Positions 1 through 12,620 of a stretch of 64,000 nt of DNA are shown one piece after another. Location of the stretch: positions 8,692,077 to 8,756,076 of the forward strand of contig MU053652.1 in assembly GCA_013239625.1 (NCBI GenBank). Direction: 5' to 3'. The notes beneath the pieces are model-generated. The model searched no databases and was not told the DNA's origin. It was given only the letters and a program-made list of their open reading frames with translations. Position 1 is the first letter of the stretch, and each line of letters starts with the position of its first letter. This DNA is from Lama guanicoe (lineage: Eukaryota). A program made the position numbers and the translations under genes.

Positions 1-599
1 TTAAGACTAGAAAAAATTAAATACTCCCATTTCCCCTAATCTCTTTAGATAGAACGGGGCCAACTGATCATTATCGTAGTAGGATTTTACTTGTGTAATT
101 GGTGGCGGTGGTTGATTCTAACTGTTTGTGGCAAACTGGTAGCAAGGTCTTCCTTGTTAAATATTTTTTAAATGATGTCATTTCCTGCTTGCAGAGTGTT
201 TTCATGATTCTGATGTGAAGGTCTGCAGCTGAACAGGGCTTCCGTCTTGTGTTCTGAGTCCTCATCAGATGCTTGTGAACTCACTGTGTACGTGGGATGG
301 TGCCACGAGGAACAGCATTTGAAAAGTATGGATAGGTTTGCTACTCTGTTTTGTTCATCAGATGCTATTAGAACTGTTGCACTGAAGAATAATGCAAGGA
401 TGAAAACACAAATCCACTGTGATTACTTTGAGTGCCTCTGGCTTTATCCAGGTCAGCGTTTCTTTCCACTCTTCACGTGTAGCCCATGGCAAACTGCTGA
501 ATCTGAAACATCTCAAACTCAGGTTCAAACATGCCATGTTTCCTCATCCCAAGCGTGGCTCTGTTTATTTATGTTCAGCTTTTTGATTTATAACCATGA

Positions 600-1190
600 G
601 CCATGCCTTTTGCCTTCCCTGTCCGAACAATTACCTGGTACCACCACTTTCTCCATTCTGTTGCATTATCAGCTCCTGTCTTACTTCCACAACCATCGCT
701 GTAGCTGGAGACTTCAGTACCTCTTATATGGAGCATGACAGTAACCTGCCACCCTCATCCCCCTTCCAATCGTACATGTTTTGTTGTCAGAGAAATATTA
801 TTGAAGCACCACCGTGTTCTCATCATGACCCAACTTTAAATAGGAAAGAAAAAACAATGGCTTCTTTATCAATAGAATGAAGTTCATACCCCTTGGCTAA
901 GCTTTTGACACCGGTGGCATTGACAGTCGGATCCCCACCTGCCTTGGTCTTCTTTCCCATGTTCATCCCCATGCCACAATTCTTGACACACCCCATGTTC
1001 CAGGTAAGCTGAGTTGCACCCTGGTTCTCATCCACACCTGTATTTTCTTGGATTTTTAATTTTGTCTCACTTTATTCTGTTGACTTGGCATTCCCTTCAC
1101 CATGCTGGAAGACTCAAGAGAAATTCCACCTCCACAGAGCCTTCCCTGCTCCTTCCTTCATTCATTTTTCTTAAATATTGCTGGGGAGGG
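600..1190 (+). mobile_element. Degraded LINE-2 fragment
   Basis: Pyrimidine-rich L2-like text such as caatggcttctttatcaatagaatgaagttcataccccttggctaagcttttgaca; boundaries approximate. Confidence 0.55.
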
Positions 1191-1449
1191 GGAAGAATTC
1201 ACGAGGAATTTACAATTCCTTATCATACCCGGAAGCTTGTGATATTCCACTTTGTATTATAGAGATTTATGCATGCCTTTTTAAAAAATCGCATCATAAC
1301 AACTTGAGCATAGGATAAATATTTAATCTTTGTACCATAAATTGTATAGTAATATTTAATTTATTTCCTGTTGTGGGCACTGAGAGGTAGTGAGCAACTG
1401 AAAGACTGAAAGCAGAATGCAAGGGGGTTAAGTTGAACCTTGGGGTCAA

Positions 1450-1640
1450 ACTACAGCATTCAGACCTGGCCCCGGAAAATTGCTTAACCGATCTGTGCAC
1501 CAGATTTTTCATCACTAGACTGGGATGATGATAACAACTATTCCATACGACTACTCTGAGGTTTAAATGCAATAATGTTTACAAAAAAACTTGGAACAGT
1601 TCCTGACATACGGTGCTGTATAAATTTAGCTCTTATTAGT
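1450..1640 (+). mobile_element. MIR SINE fragment
   Basis: MIR core and tail-like text: ttgcttaaccgatctgtgcaccagatttttcatc...gaggtttaaatgcaataatg...ttggaacagttcctgacata. Confidence 0.65.
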
Positions 1641-4600
1641 CCTGAGGAGGCTAAAGTTCTAATCTGCTCTGACAAAAGTTCTCTAATATCACTGATAGTG
1701 TCTGTTTTATTTTATTTAGTGCTGAAAACTCTCAATTTCATCATTATTTCATTAATGTGAATGCTACTTTATTGAAGGAGATATAGTTAGTAAATAATTG
1801 CTTGGAAATGTTAGCTCATTACTTCTGTCTAGAAGATAAAATGTTACTACTAAGTGGAAAACGAAAGAAAATTACATAATGTATAAAATTTGCTAATTAT
1901 ACCTACCATTTTAGAGAATATGCCTGCATATTCTCCAGGCTATCAAAGTCCCGGGTTTTTATGTTTGAGGTTAAATTTCTTATGATCTTACTTTGGAACA
2001 TTTTGATCCGTTATTTAATGTCATTTAGTTTAGTTCACATAGGATAATTTTATATCTAATTAACTCATTCATCTTTTCCCTATTTTTAAGTAGTATGCAA
2101 AGGCAAGGGTGGTTTGGGAAATGCATTTTTAAGACTCTTAGAACTGTTCTACAAGACTTCATGGCAGAGCTGTATTTCTGAGTCAGGTTTCTTATACATA
2201 ATTTAGAAAGTAGGTATAAGGGTGTTCTTTAAAAGCTTTGCCTCCAGCAACAGAGTGGTACCTGATTCATACATAACATCATAGAGGCAAAGTGTTGCTC
2301 CTGAGAATATGGGGATGACTTCATTTCCTTCTGTTCTTTTTGTTGTATGAAATTACAAAAGAGTTTTAGTTACCTGGTAGTTGTTGGCTCTGTCAGTGAT
2401 CAAGTAGTGGGAAGAAGGGTTTTGTTGTTTTTGTTTTTGAGGGAGGTTGCCTCATCGAAGATGGGTCAGTCTGGAGGATGTTGGGGTCCAAGAACCTTTC
2501 AAATACAGGTGGAATTATTCTTTGTATTTGCATTAAAACTGTAACTAGTTATGTGAATCCCACCATAAGAGGTGGATCGGTTTTAGTTCCCTTGTTAAGG
2601 TGGTAGGATGAGTTAGCAAGGGCCACGTTGCAGTCTGAGTTAGAGGCCATACATATCTGAGAAGATGAACAATAATAAGACAGCTATGAAAGTTATGTCA
2701 TCAGATAGTATGTGCTTTGTTACTTAACAGGTAGGCAAGTATTCTTCTCAGAAGATTTGGAGCTTGATTTGGACGGTGAAGGTAGGTAAGAGCACCCCAG
2801 GCAGGAAAAACAGAAGCAAATCATATCGTGGGGAGAAGGTAATACGCTTTGTAAACAGTGAGCAAACAACTTGTGTAGATCGTGGAATTATCCAAGAGGT
2901 TAAAAAGTTAGGTACAAAATCAGGCAGACCTGGAAACTAAGCTGAGGTGTTTGGGCATCATTCTCGCTCACTCATTTATTCTCATTCATTTACTCCCATC
3001 TTTTCATCCCCTTGCCTTTTACTCCTCCCTCTCTTCTAAGATGTTAGCCAGATCAAGGGTAGTGAGAATCATGTATGGAAATAGGGGAGCCACGATGAAG
3101 AAGGACAATGAAGTTTAAGTGTGAGGACATTGTTGGATGCCCGAAAGGAAGGACCTTGCCTTCAATGGGAGTTAAAGAGCTGGAACTCAGGAGAGAGATC
3201 AGAGCTGTGTGCTGGCTTATGACACTTAAGAAACCACTGCAGGCACTCTGAACAGCCAGGGACCAACCCTGCATGCTATGGGCTGAGAGAATGAGGAGGG
3301 TGGCACAGATGACACAGCAGGAACAAGCAGTCAGTAGGACACAGTTACACTCTATCTTGACGATAAGTAATTTGATTCAAGTGATAGTAGAAAATTAACA
3401 GATTTATTGATGAAGTAAATGAATTTGCTAATACTTAATACAGCTTTTGATCAGGGTTTTTTGGCTTTGTTGCAAAATCCATACCTTTGGTACCATCGAA
3501 TAAATAAACCAAACACTGGGCTACTAGAAAATTAGATGATAAATAATTAAAGTGTTGGGAGGAGTGTTCTTTTAGATGCAGTGTTAACTTTGTGCCAATT
3601 ACTTTTCATGACGTATTATCTCTAAATCACCAGACTTAGAGCTAATATAATAACCAGCAAATGAATTAATCTTAGGGAAAACACTAAATTTAGATAAGAG
3701 AGCAAGTCCTAGTCTACCTGTATTTTTCATACTAAAGGATAAAGATAAATATTATAAGAAAATAACAGGCTATAATTTACTTGAAAAGAGATATGCCATA
3801 ATTGGACTGGAGACTCAGAGAAAAAAAACTAATTGATTTTTTTTCCAGTGGGAGAAAGAAGGGCACAATTGACTAGGGTTAGCACGTACAAAGGCATCAT
3901 TATGGAGAAACATGGCTATTAATCCCCATTTTTAGTGATTGACAATATTAGTGCAAAGGCAATTATCCTGGTTCTAGAAAATAGATTAATCATAGAGGGC
4001 AATGATGCTAAACAGTGTTATGAAAAGTGCTTTTTATAAAAGGCTTTTTTTTTCCTTTAAGAAACAAGCAAATTTAATGAATCTGAGTATTTGATGTTTA
4101 TGGTTTTTAAAGCATTAGAAGAATGATATCACAAGTTATAAAATGAAGTTGTTGGGTGAAACTTAGCAAAGTTATTTTTATGCTCTGTTTAAAATCGTCT
4201 TACCTATAAGATAGTTGGCAAGCAATGAAGTCTCTGAATGTTCCCCCAGGACTTCTGCAAGAGATGTGTTGATCTCTGCGACCACCTGTTCTCAGAGCTA
4301 TTTCCACAGAACGTGAGAGGAATGGGGCCCGGAGAGCCCAGGGCTGGAGGTTTGCAAGTCTAGACTAATAGGTGCCATCAGGACAGCGTTTCCTCTCAGG
4401 ACTCTTCAAAGTCCATTTTTTACTATTTTCATTTTAGCCGGTCCATCCTGATACCGTCAGCCAGGAAAAACATCTGTCCCATCACTGCATTCCCACAGTG
4501 CTCTATCAGTAGCTTTCTTGTGGCAGTTCTCTTCTGTTTTAAATACCGTTGTTACTGTTTTCTATAGTGTCAACTCCTGAAAGGCCACTACTTCTGCAGC

Positions 4601-5581
4601 TACTGAAGGGCCTTCAGTAGGGTTTGCTGGACAGTAGGTGTAGAAGAAGCATAAAGAGAGTTAATAAAATTATCGTGGACCATTCAGTCAACATTGTTCA
4701 GAACCTATGTCTTAGTGTACCTGTATGAAGAATTTAACAGATCTCTGGAAGGGTAAGTGAGGTGGCGATTTTCCATGGCTTATGTTTGAAAAGTCACACA
4801 GCTTCTTCTAGAACAAATGAACAGAGGCTTCTATAAGTAAGATTCTCCTAGAGCCATGGTTCTTTACCTCTTTTCTGTTAACCCCCCTCTTTGAGTAAGC
4901 TGTAAAAGTGTTTGAAACAAGTGTCCAAGTTTAAAAAAAAAAATGCATTATCTTTGCAAAGTTTACTCCCAACTTGAATGGTTCAGACTCCTGAAGGCCC
5001 AGGTTAAGAATTCCTAACCAAGAGAATTCTGAATGTGGAAACAGTAACCCCTGTGTCATAAACAAATTAAAGTACTAAATATGTGCTAAGACAGTGAAGT
5101 ATTTTGACAATTAAAGTAGTAAAATGTTCTGTGTAGTAGGTGCTAGAGGCATTGCAGAGCGTAAAGACACAAGTCATGAACAGGGCTGAATGCCCCTTTT
5201 AAAAGACCTGGAAAATATTCTGTGCCAGGAAGGGACATCTGTGAGGTATAAGTAATCTATTGTCATATGAAGTGTTGGAATCAGGGATTTAAACTAAAAG
5301 ACAATGATATTAAAAGACTAAATTGTCCTTGTGGAGTGAGGACTTGCCTCTGGGCCCTACCACCAACTCCAGAGTCCCCATAACCCCATTTTCTTTATCT
5401 CATAGCCCAAATCTGAACTAGAGACAGGTGTGTCACCAACATTTTAACGTCCGATGTCCCACATCTATAAACCATCCATTCAGGCTTTTCTTTCTTCCGC
5501 CTTTTTTTTTTTTTTTTTTTTTTTTGGGGTGGTGGGGGGGGGGGTTGTGTTTGTAAATCTAGTTGTTTGGGGGGTGGGAGA

Positions 5582-5702
5582 NNNNNNNNNNNNNNNNNNN
5601 NNNNNNNNNNNNNNNNNNNNNNNNNNNNNNNNNNNNNNNNNNNNNNNNNNNNNNNNNNNNNNNNNNNNNNNNNNNNNNNNNNNNNNNNNNNNNNNNNNNN
5701 NN
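5582..5702. other. Assembly gap (121 N)
   Basis: Run of N. The left flank is poly-T followed by a G-rich, low-quality-looking stretch. Confidence 0.99.
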
Positions 5703-5929
5703 GGTCTGGGATTCTGGGGAGAGGTTGAAGCTCTAGATACACACTTGGGAGTTATCAGTGAGTAAGTGCTCTTTATGGTCATGGACTTTGAGGAAAGCAC
5801 CTAGACACTGTGTGTAGATTAAAGAGGCCTGCGACCCCCATCCAACATTTATAAACATTAATCTCTCATGGAGCACATCTCCAGTTTAACTAATGGAAAT
5901 TAAAAGAAAATCCACTTGACTTACAAAAT

Positions 5930-6280
5930 TTATTTTTAAACATTCTGAAAATGAGGTACATTGGTATTAAAACTAACCAATGGGGTTTAGGTGGAGGGAA
6001 GTGGGTGTGGTTACAAAAGGAAAACATACAACGTTAAAACTGTTCAGTGTCTTGACTGTACGGACCTAGATAGGTAATAAATTGTATAGAAATTAATACA
6101 CACAAATCAGTTTGCATAAAACTAAGGAAATGGGAATAAGATGGATGATTGTATCAGTCAGTATTCTGGTTGTGATATGGTAGTCTAGTTTTGTAAGATG
6201 TTGGGGGAAACTGGTGTACGGTGGATATCTCTTAATTATTTCTCACAACTACACATGAAACTATAATTATCTCAATTGAA
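5930..6280 (+). mobile_element. Old L1 (L1MC-like) 3' end
   Basis: gtattctggttgtgatatggtagtctagttttgtaagatgttgggggaaactgg...ttatttctcacaactacacatgaaactataattatctcaa resembles an L1MC 3' UTR. Confidence 0.7.
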
Positions 6281-6450
6281 GAGTCACCTGCTGTCTTTAT
6301 TATATTAGCTTTTCCTCTTTTTTTGGTCAACATGTTTGGAAGTACGCTCTTCCAGTTTCACAAAACGACATTGTAGTCATCAAGGTTAGTAACCTTCCAA
6401 TCTCTAAGAAGTTAGTTTTACTAAGAGAAGGCCATTAAAAGACAGTTTAG

Positions 6451-7145
6451 GTCCTATTTGTTTGTTTTTGCTTCTATTTCTATTGCCTGGGTAGACTGCC
6501 CTAGGAGAACATTGCTGAGATTTATGCCAGATAATATTTTGCCTATGTTTTCTTCTAGGAGGTTTATAGTGTCTTGTCTTATGTTTAAGTCTTTAAGCCA
6601 TTTTGAGTTTATTTTTGTGTGAGGTATGAGAGAGTGTTCTAACTTCATTGATTTACGTGCAGCTGTTCGGTTTTCCCAACACCATTTGCTGAAGAGACTG
6701 TCTTTCTTCCATTGTATGTTATTGCCTCCTTTGTCAAAGATTAATTGACCAAAAGTTTGTGGGTTTACTTCTGGGCTCTCTATTCTGTTCCATTGAGCCA
6801 TATGTCTGTTTTTGTACCAATACCATGTGTTTTGATTACTATAGCTCTGTAGTATTGTCTCAGATCTGGGAGGGTTATTCCCCCAGCTTCATTCTTTTTC
6901 TTCAGTAATGCTTTGGCAATTCTGGGTCCTTTGTGATTCCATATAAATTTTAGGATTATTTGTTCTAGTTCTGTGAAAAATGTCCTGAGTAATTTGATAG
7001 GGATTGCATTAAATCTGTAGATTGCTTTGGGTAGTATGGCCATTTTAACAATATTAATTCTTCCAATCCAAGAACATGGGATAGCTTTCCATTTTTTTTA
7101 GGTCATCACTTTCCATTTCTTTAAGTCATCTTAAAAAAAAAAAAA
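6451..7145 (-). mobile_element. Relatively young L1 ORF2 fragment (post-RT C-terminal region) with one frameshift, followed by a + strand A13 run
   Basis: ORFs 6780..7043 ([18 protein letters not shown]) and 6454..6801 (QWNRIESPE...LIFDKG...DSLFSKWCWEN) are consecutive parts of L1 ORF2p. Confidence 0.95.
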
Positions 7146-7714
7146 GTTTAGTACACCAGTGCTCTGCTTTTCTTTGCCTACCTTTTTTTCAGACAAGCGC
7201 CGTTAAGGCATTACTATCTTTAAAAAGTAGTAGAGAACTGTCTCTTAAAAAGAAAACACAAACCACAGGAGGGACTCAAACACTTCCATTCAAAATTAAG
7301 TAAGAGTTGTTAATATGATAATATAAATACTTAAGATGTTAAACAGTGTTTTGTGGTGTAGTTTGAAGGAGAATTTTTAAAGTTTTAAGATGTCAAATCC
7401 TATTTCTTGGTGGAGCTATAACTCTTTACCCGAAAGTAACCATTTTATTTTTACTTTTCTGTGAAAAATATCAGCATTTCAGCAAAGATCAGAAGATATC
7501 TCATATTACATTTGGTGTATTTATGATATTATATTTAGTGTTCTTAAGCACGATTTTTGTTTTTAGGATCTTGATTTCAGTTACCTAGAATAGACATTTA
7601 TCACATATTCTTTTCCTCTATAATTGTATTAGTTCTTAATGTAAATCATTTTGGCTTCAGACACAGTGAAGAGAAACTTGTTTCTTTGATGTTGAATATT
7701 AATTAAAATAAAAA

Positions 7715-7868
7715 GGGGGAGAGTATAGCTCAGTGGCAGAGCGAGTGCTTAGCATGCACGAGGTCCTGGGTTCAGTTAGTTCCCTAGTACCATTAAATAA
7801 ATAACTAAATAAAAATAAACCAAGTTGCCCCTCCCCACAAAAAAATAACAAAGTAAATAAATAAAATT
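7715..7868 (+). mobile_element. tRNA-derived SINE, camelid Vic-1 type
   Basis: gggggagagtatagctcagtggcagagc (A box) ... gaggtcctgggttcagtt (B-box-like), then an A-rich tail. Confidence 0.85.
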
Positions 7869-7884
7869 TAAAGTGTATTTGTTT

Positions 7885-8044
7885 TTCTTTCTGGGTTTTT
7901 TTTTTTTTTTGGTAGAGGGGAGAGGTAATTAGGTTTGTTTGTTGATTTGTTTGTTTGTTTATTTAATGGAAGTGCTTAAGATTGAACCCAGGACCTCGTG
8001 CATGCTAAGGGTGTGCTCTACCACTGAGCTATACCCACCCCCTA
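7885..8044 (-). mobile_element. tRNA-derived SINE, camelid Vic-1 type, with 15-bp TSD
   Basis: Reverse complement of the same SINE. TSD aaagtgtatttgttt at 7870-7884 and 8045-8059. Confidence 0.9.
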
Positions 8045-8289
8045 AAAGTGTATTTGTTTCTGAGAGACATAGACACTCCTTTACAACAAGGATTTAGTTT
8101 AAGGAAGTCCTACCTACTTTAAACTTATTTTGACATGAACGTGGTTTTTTAAAATCGACTTGGAAACATGTTTTTCAGAAAGGTAACCCCAGATCCCCAG
8201 ATCCGTCTGTCAAATAAATACATAGATGGATGGTTAGATAGGAGATAGACTTCCTTATGTCCCTCTAACCTTCTGTTTGTGATGGAGAC

Positions 8290-8720
8290 AGACACGATGA
8301 TCTTTCTAAGTCCTGCTTAAAGCCTCTCAATGAATTCCTAGTGCCGTAGGAACCAACTTCAAGCTCCTGGATTCGCCTGTGAAGAGCAGCTTGTAGAGCA
8401 GCCCTGTCTCTCTCTCAGGTCCCATCCCCTGTGAACCTTCTCTTCTCCCTGCTCCTCTTGCTTCCCCCAACTCCATTTGCAGAACCACTGTCTGATCTCA
8501 CCTCCAGACATTTGTTGTCCTCTTGCCTTCTCCTGGACTCTTCACATACATTCTGACACCACCATCCTGTTGACCTGCTTTGCCCCTGCTCATCCTTTTC
8601 AGGCTTTTTCTTTTTTAAGGCTGTTTTTGTTTTGTTTTGTTTTGTTTTATTGTAACATGATAAATTTGTAGTTCTTCAGCAGAGGGACAATTTACTCTGT
8701 ATTCTCCTGGGTGTATAATG
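8290..8720 (+). mobile_element. LINE-2 fragment
   Basis: atgatctttctaagtcctgcttaaagcctctcaatgaattccta...ttgccttctcctggactcttc resembles the L2 3' region. Confidence 0.55.
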
Positions 8721-9747
8721 TGGTATTCAGTCCTAATCCACTCTCTGGATGGATTTTGACTAAACTGTGCCTGTATTATGTGGTCTAGGTTTCTTAATGA
8801 TGAAAGTGGGAGAGGGGAAGGAATTAAAATTAAGAGAAAGGTCAGTTTGGTGCATATCCATAGCCCATCCAGTGCAGCCCACACTGTGCAGGGCTCATAG
8901 GACCTCCTCAATTTAAGAATTTTTATAATGTACTAATGAAGACAGAAAGAATCATGAGGAAGAGTTAGATGAAGTTGTAGAAAAAGCTAAGGATTATTTC
9001 AGTGGAGAAGTTAAAATAATTCTCCATGTGGATGGAAATATCTTCAAAAATGAGGCTAGCATGCTTTTCTTGCTTTCAATCAAATTTAGAACAAGAGAAT
9101 GGAATTCAAATGTGGTGCCAGTCTATAAAAGGATTTCTTGGTGCTATGAGTCTATTGGTACTAGAATGAGGAGCATATGAAGATTTAAATGGTAGAAAGT
9201 TCTATCAACCAAGTAGTACTTTGATAGTTCAGCATGAATACAAAACTTATAAAAATATTTTTTAAAAGAATAAAGAAAGAAAGTGAAACATTACTCAGTA
9301 TTTCACTATCCAGAAATGAATTTTGGGAATTTGAAAGAACAGAACAAGAGATGTACCTGTTTGGAACTATTTAAGAATGACCTGAATGAAGGCCGAAAGA
9401 TGGATAAACTTAATGACAATTTAATGTAACCTCAAGGAAACAAGAACTTCTTGGTTTAGAGTTGTTGTGGACAGATTGGGCAAAGAATTATAATTAGATT
9501 TTTTTTTTTGGTAAGCTGAGCTATTAACCTTAGAGATTTATTAACTTTTTTGTGAACAAACCACAACGAAAAGTGCCCAAGAAATGTAATTAGCCTGCCA
9601 ATCTAATTAAACCACTTTCTGTGTTCTCAACAGATAGCTGAGAGAATTTATTCAAAAAAATTTTTTGAGCCATTTAGTCTTTTCTTTAAAGTATAGGACA
9701 CTGCCATTAAATAATTACATATGTATGCTTTCTGTTTTATTTTTAAG

Positions 9748-9828
9748 CTGGATAATGCAGATGAGCAAGCAGCCCAGATCAGAAGGGAACTTGATGGTCG
9801 TTTGCAATTGGCAGAGAAAATGGCAAAG
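9748..9828 (+). CDS. CADPS2: CADPS2 internal coding exon (81 nt, phase 0-0; probably exon 4): [27 protein letters not shown]
   Basis: Acceptor ttttatttttaag|CTG and donor AAG|gtaaat. Manual translation matches the CAPS-family sequence as recalled and joins in frame to the 15510 exon. Too short to appear in the ORF track. Confidence 0.95.
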
Positions 9829-11789
9829 GTAAATTACTAACTTTGAAATTATTACTGTTTCACATTTCTTTATGTAGATTTCTGTGAGCAAAAGGAGTTT
9901 TGTGTAGATAAAGCCAGCACAATTTTATCATTTTCTCCTCTCCTTGCATACCTCGTAAGTCCGAATACCTGAATGCATATTATCTATTGTATGTATCATC
10001 CTTACACGAGATGTTTAAATTCAGTGATAACTTTTGTACATTATTCTTAAAGCAATGCCTGAATTTCTCAAACTGCCAGACTTAGAAGAATTTGAATACT
10101 GCACTAGGCATAATACAGTCAGAGGAAAAAACTCCTCCCTGCAAAATCATAGAATGTATTCCAAAGTATCCAGCAAGCTGCTTGGCATGCAGTGGCATCA
10201 ATTAACATTTGAATGGATGAAAAATACGATTTGAAGTTTCTAATACCGAGTCTAACAGAGTATGTGGACTATAGTATTTTATTTACTTTTATTTGTGCAA
10301 TTACTGTGTTTCTATGAAGAGAAGTAGATTTCAGACAAAAGCCATGAGTTTCTTTTTAATACTGAAGGCTCTTTGGTGATAGGGAGGGGAACTTCGTTGT
10401 CTAAATCATTCTTTAGTAAACTGATGCATTAATTTACTTCAGTGGTAAAAAATTAAATTTTAGTCCCTCCCTAGAGACTGGAGGTTATAATGCTATTGAT
10501 CTGAGAATAAGATTTTTTTCCTTTTCCCTTCCACTAAGTGAAACTTTGAACATTTGTTGGATAGACTCTCCCTCTCCTTTTCTTTCTCCCTCTCTCTGTG
10601 TCTGTGTCTATGTCTGTCTTTCTTAAAATTTAGCTATAACATGTAGACAGCAAAGTGCCCAGATCTTTAGTTTACAGCTTGATGAATGTTTGTTTATTGT
10701 AATGTATCCTGGTACCCACCTCCCAAATCAAAATAGGGACTTTTCCAGCACTTAAGGAGATATATCCCATACTGCTTTTGACAACTGGATTTTTTGTGAT
10801 TTTCAAAGAAAAATGTATTTATGAATACGTACATTTTAAGGATGCTAGTAATAAATTATCTAAATATCTATTAAGTTAAAAAGTAGAGAAATTGTTAAGA
10901 AATTGGAGATAAATAGAAAAACAGAGAAGACTGAGAGAAATTGGGTAACAGAGACAGTAAGTTGTGAGAGGCCAAGAGGTATATGAGGAGGAATCGCCAG
11001 TTGAAAGAAGACATAGGATGATATGAATTAGGGGCTACAGACTTACAGTCACACAAAGGGCAGAGGCTGAAGGGACAGCACTCTGTCCTCTGGATCCTCT
11101 GGATGTCTGGAGAGGCACTGCATCATCCTGGAGATTCCGATGGAGAATTCATAGACTCAGAAATCAAGTAGCTTGAAGCTGTCGGAAGCTTTAGAGAGAA
11201 AAATACTTCTCCCAAAACCCTAACCTGAGTCAGAAGCTGTCTGGAAGGGCACTTGCTTTTCTTGAAGACCTGAGGCTAAGAGAGAATCTAGAGATGTGCC
11301 CAGCACTGTGGGCAGGACTCCGGACCTGTGGTCAGCATTTCTAACGTGCCTACCTGTAGGGAGATTGTTCCTGAGGCTGTGCACACTGTCATAAATTGGA
11401 CTTCTCCAAGGGCCTGGCTGAATGTGTGATCGCTTAGGTGAATTTCTAGTGGGTTGCAGAGCAGGATGGAAAGCCCTGGGTGTGTTCTCAAGTTCCTGTC
11501 TATGGAGGACAATATGTCTGCGTATCCTCTAAACTGAGGCAGAGGAGAAGGGTCATTGATGTAAGTACAGAGACTTCTATTTGAGGGCACTCCAATGATT
11601 TCATCAGAAATGCTGATAAACTAGGAAAAAATGTGGAGCAGGACGTGAAGCTGATGAGGTTGGAAGGAGAAAAAAAGTACCACCTCCCAATATGATGCCT
11701 TTCAGTCTATATATTGTCATAGCAGATAGAGCATGTTTAGTTGCTTTCTACTTCAATTGTACCAAGTTTAAGCCATGTTCATAAACTAT

Positions 11790-12010
11790 AAGGCTAACGA
11801 TAATTCACTGACCTTGTTGTCTTATGTCTCTACAATAATCCTATGACCCTACATGGGTAGATGATATAATGAATTTATTTTATAGACAAGGAAGTTGAGG
11901 ATTAGGGAAGATTACTGACTTCACCAAGATTACTTAACAAATCAAAAGACCTCAAACCCTGGTCTTTGGACTCCAGAACCTGGGTTTGCTCTCAGGCACT
12001 GCTGCCTCTT
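11790..12010 (-). mobile_element. MIR SINE
   Basis: tacaataatcctatga...ttttatagacaaggaagttgaggattagggaagattactgacttcaccaagat...caaaccctggtctttggactccagaacc. Confidence 0.7.
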
Positions 12011-12309
12011 CAGTCTCATAGATACAGAACTGTGGTTTATCAGTAGTTAGTAGTTGGCAATGAACTGTTAGTAACACCTACCACACTTTACAACACAGTA
12101 TAATAACAATGAAATCACAGGGTAGCGATCTGTTTCAAGGGTTATAAATATTTTCAATATTTTAGCCAAGGCATAATTAGGAAAGAAGCAGTAGAAATAA
12201 TGTGGGTGGACTGGGCCAGAAAAACCTTTGGTCCAAATCCATGATTGCTGTTTCCTGGATAAACAACACTAGACAAGTTCTTGAACCTTTCGGAGCCTGA
12301 CTTTCTATT

Positions 12310-12620
12310 CATGAATTCAATGAATCCGTATTTATTGAATGCCTGCTAAAGCAGCCAGGCATTGTTTTAGGCACTTGGGGTACATCCAGGAAAGTGTAGT
12401 TGTATTGGGATAAAACCAGACAAAAATATTCCTGCCGTGCCCTGGTGGAGCTTGCATTTTATTGGGAGAGGCTCACAGTAAGCAATAAACATGCCATGTA
12501 TCTGAGTTATGGAAGGTGATCATTTACTGTGTAGAAAATAAAGCAGAGAAGGTGGAATCAGGAATGTGGGAGGCAGGGAAGGTGTTGACAATTCCCAATC
12601 AAGCGGTCAGGGTAGGCCGG
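12310..12620 (-). mobile_element. LINE-2 3' end
   Basis: tatttattgaatgcctgcta...ccaggcattgttttaggcacttgggg...ccctggtggagcttgcattttattggg. Confidence 0.7.

Noticed and set aside
71..1262. Cluster of overlapping ORFs, including 247..738 (163 aa), considered as a nested gene or retrocopy (RNF133 and RNF148 are nested in CADPS2)
   Set aside because: No RING, PA or other recognisable domain, and much of the region is L2-derived. The nested RNF genes are recalled to lie in a more 5' intron.
5395..5800. Poly-Pro/poly-Lys and poly-Phe ORFs
   Set aside because: Artefacts of homopolymer runs and the N gap.
6454..7043. Two ORFs with clear protein homology
   Set aside because: Frameshifted internal L1 ORF2 fragment, not a host gene or an active element.
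7715..7790. tRNA-like sequence with A and B boxes (also at ~7975-8044, ~56150-56222 and ~62395-62463)
   Set aside because: SINE heads with A-rich tails and, for three copies, TSDs; no complete cloverleaf or acceptor stem.
8930..9230. Possible CR1/L3 relic upstream of the 9748 exon
   Set aside because: Similarity is too faint to support by eye; it would need an HMM search.
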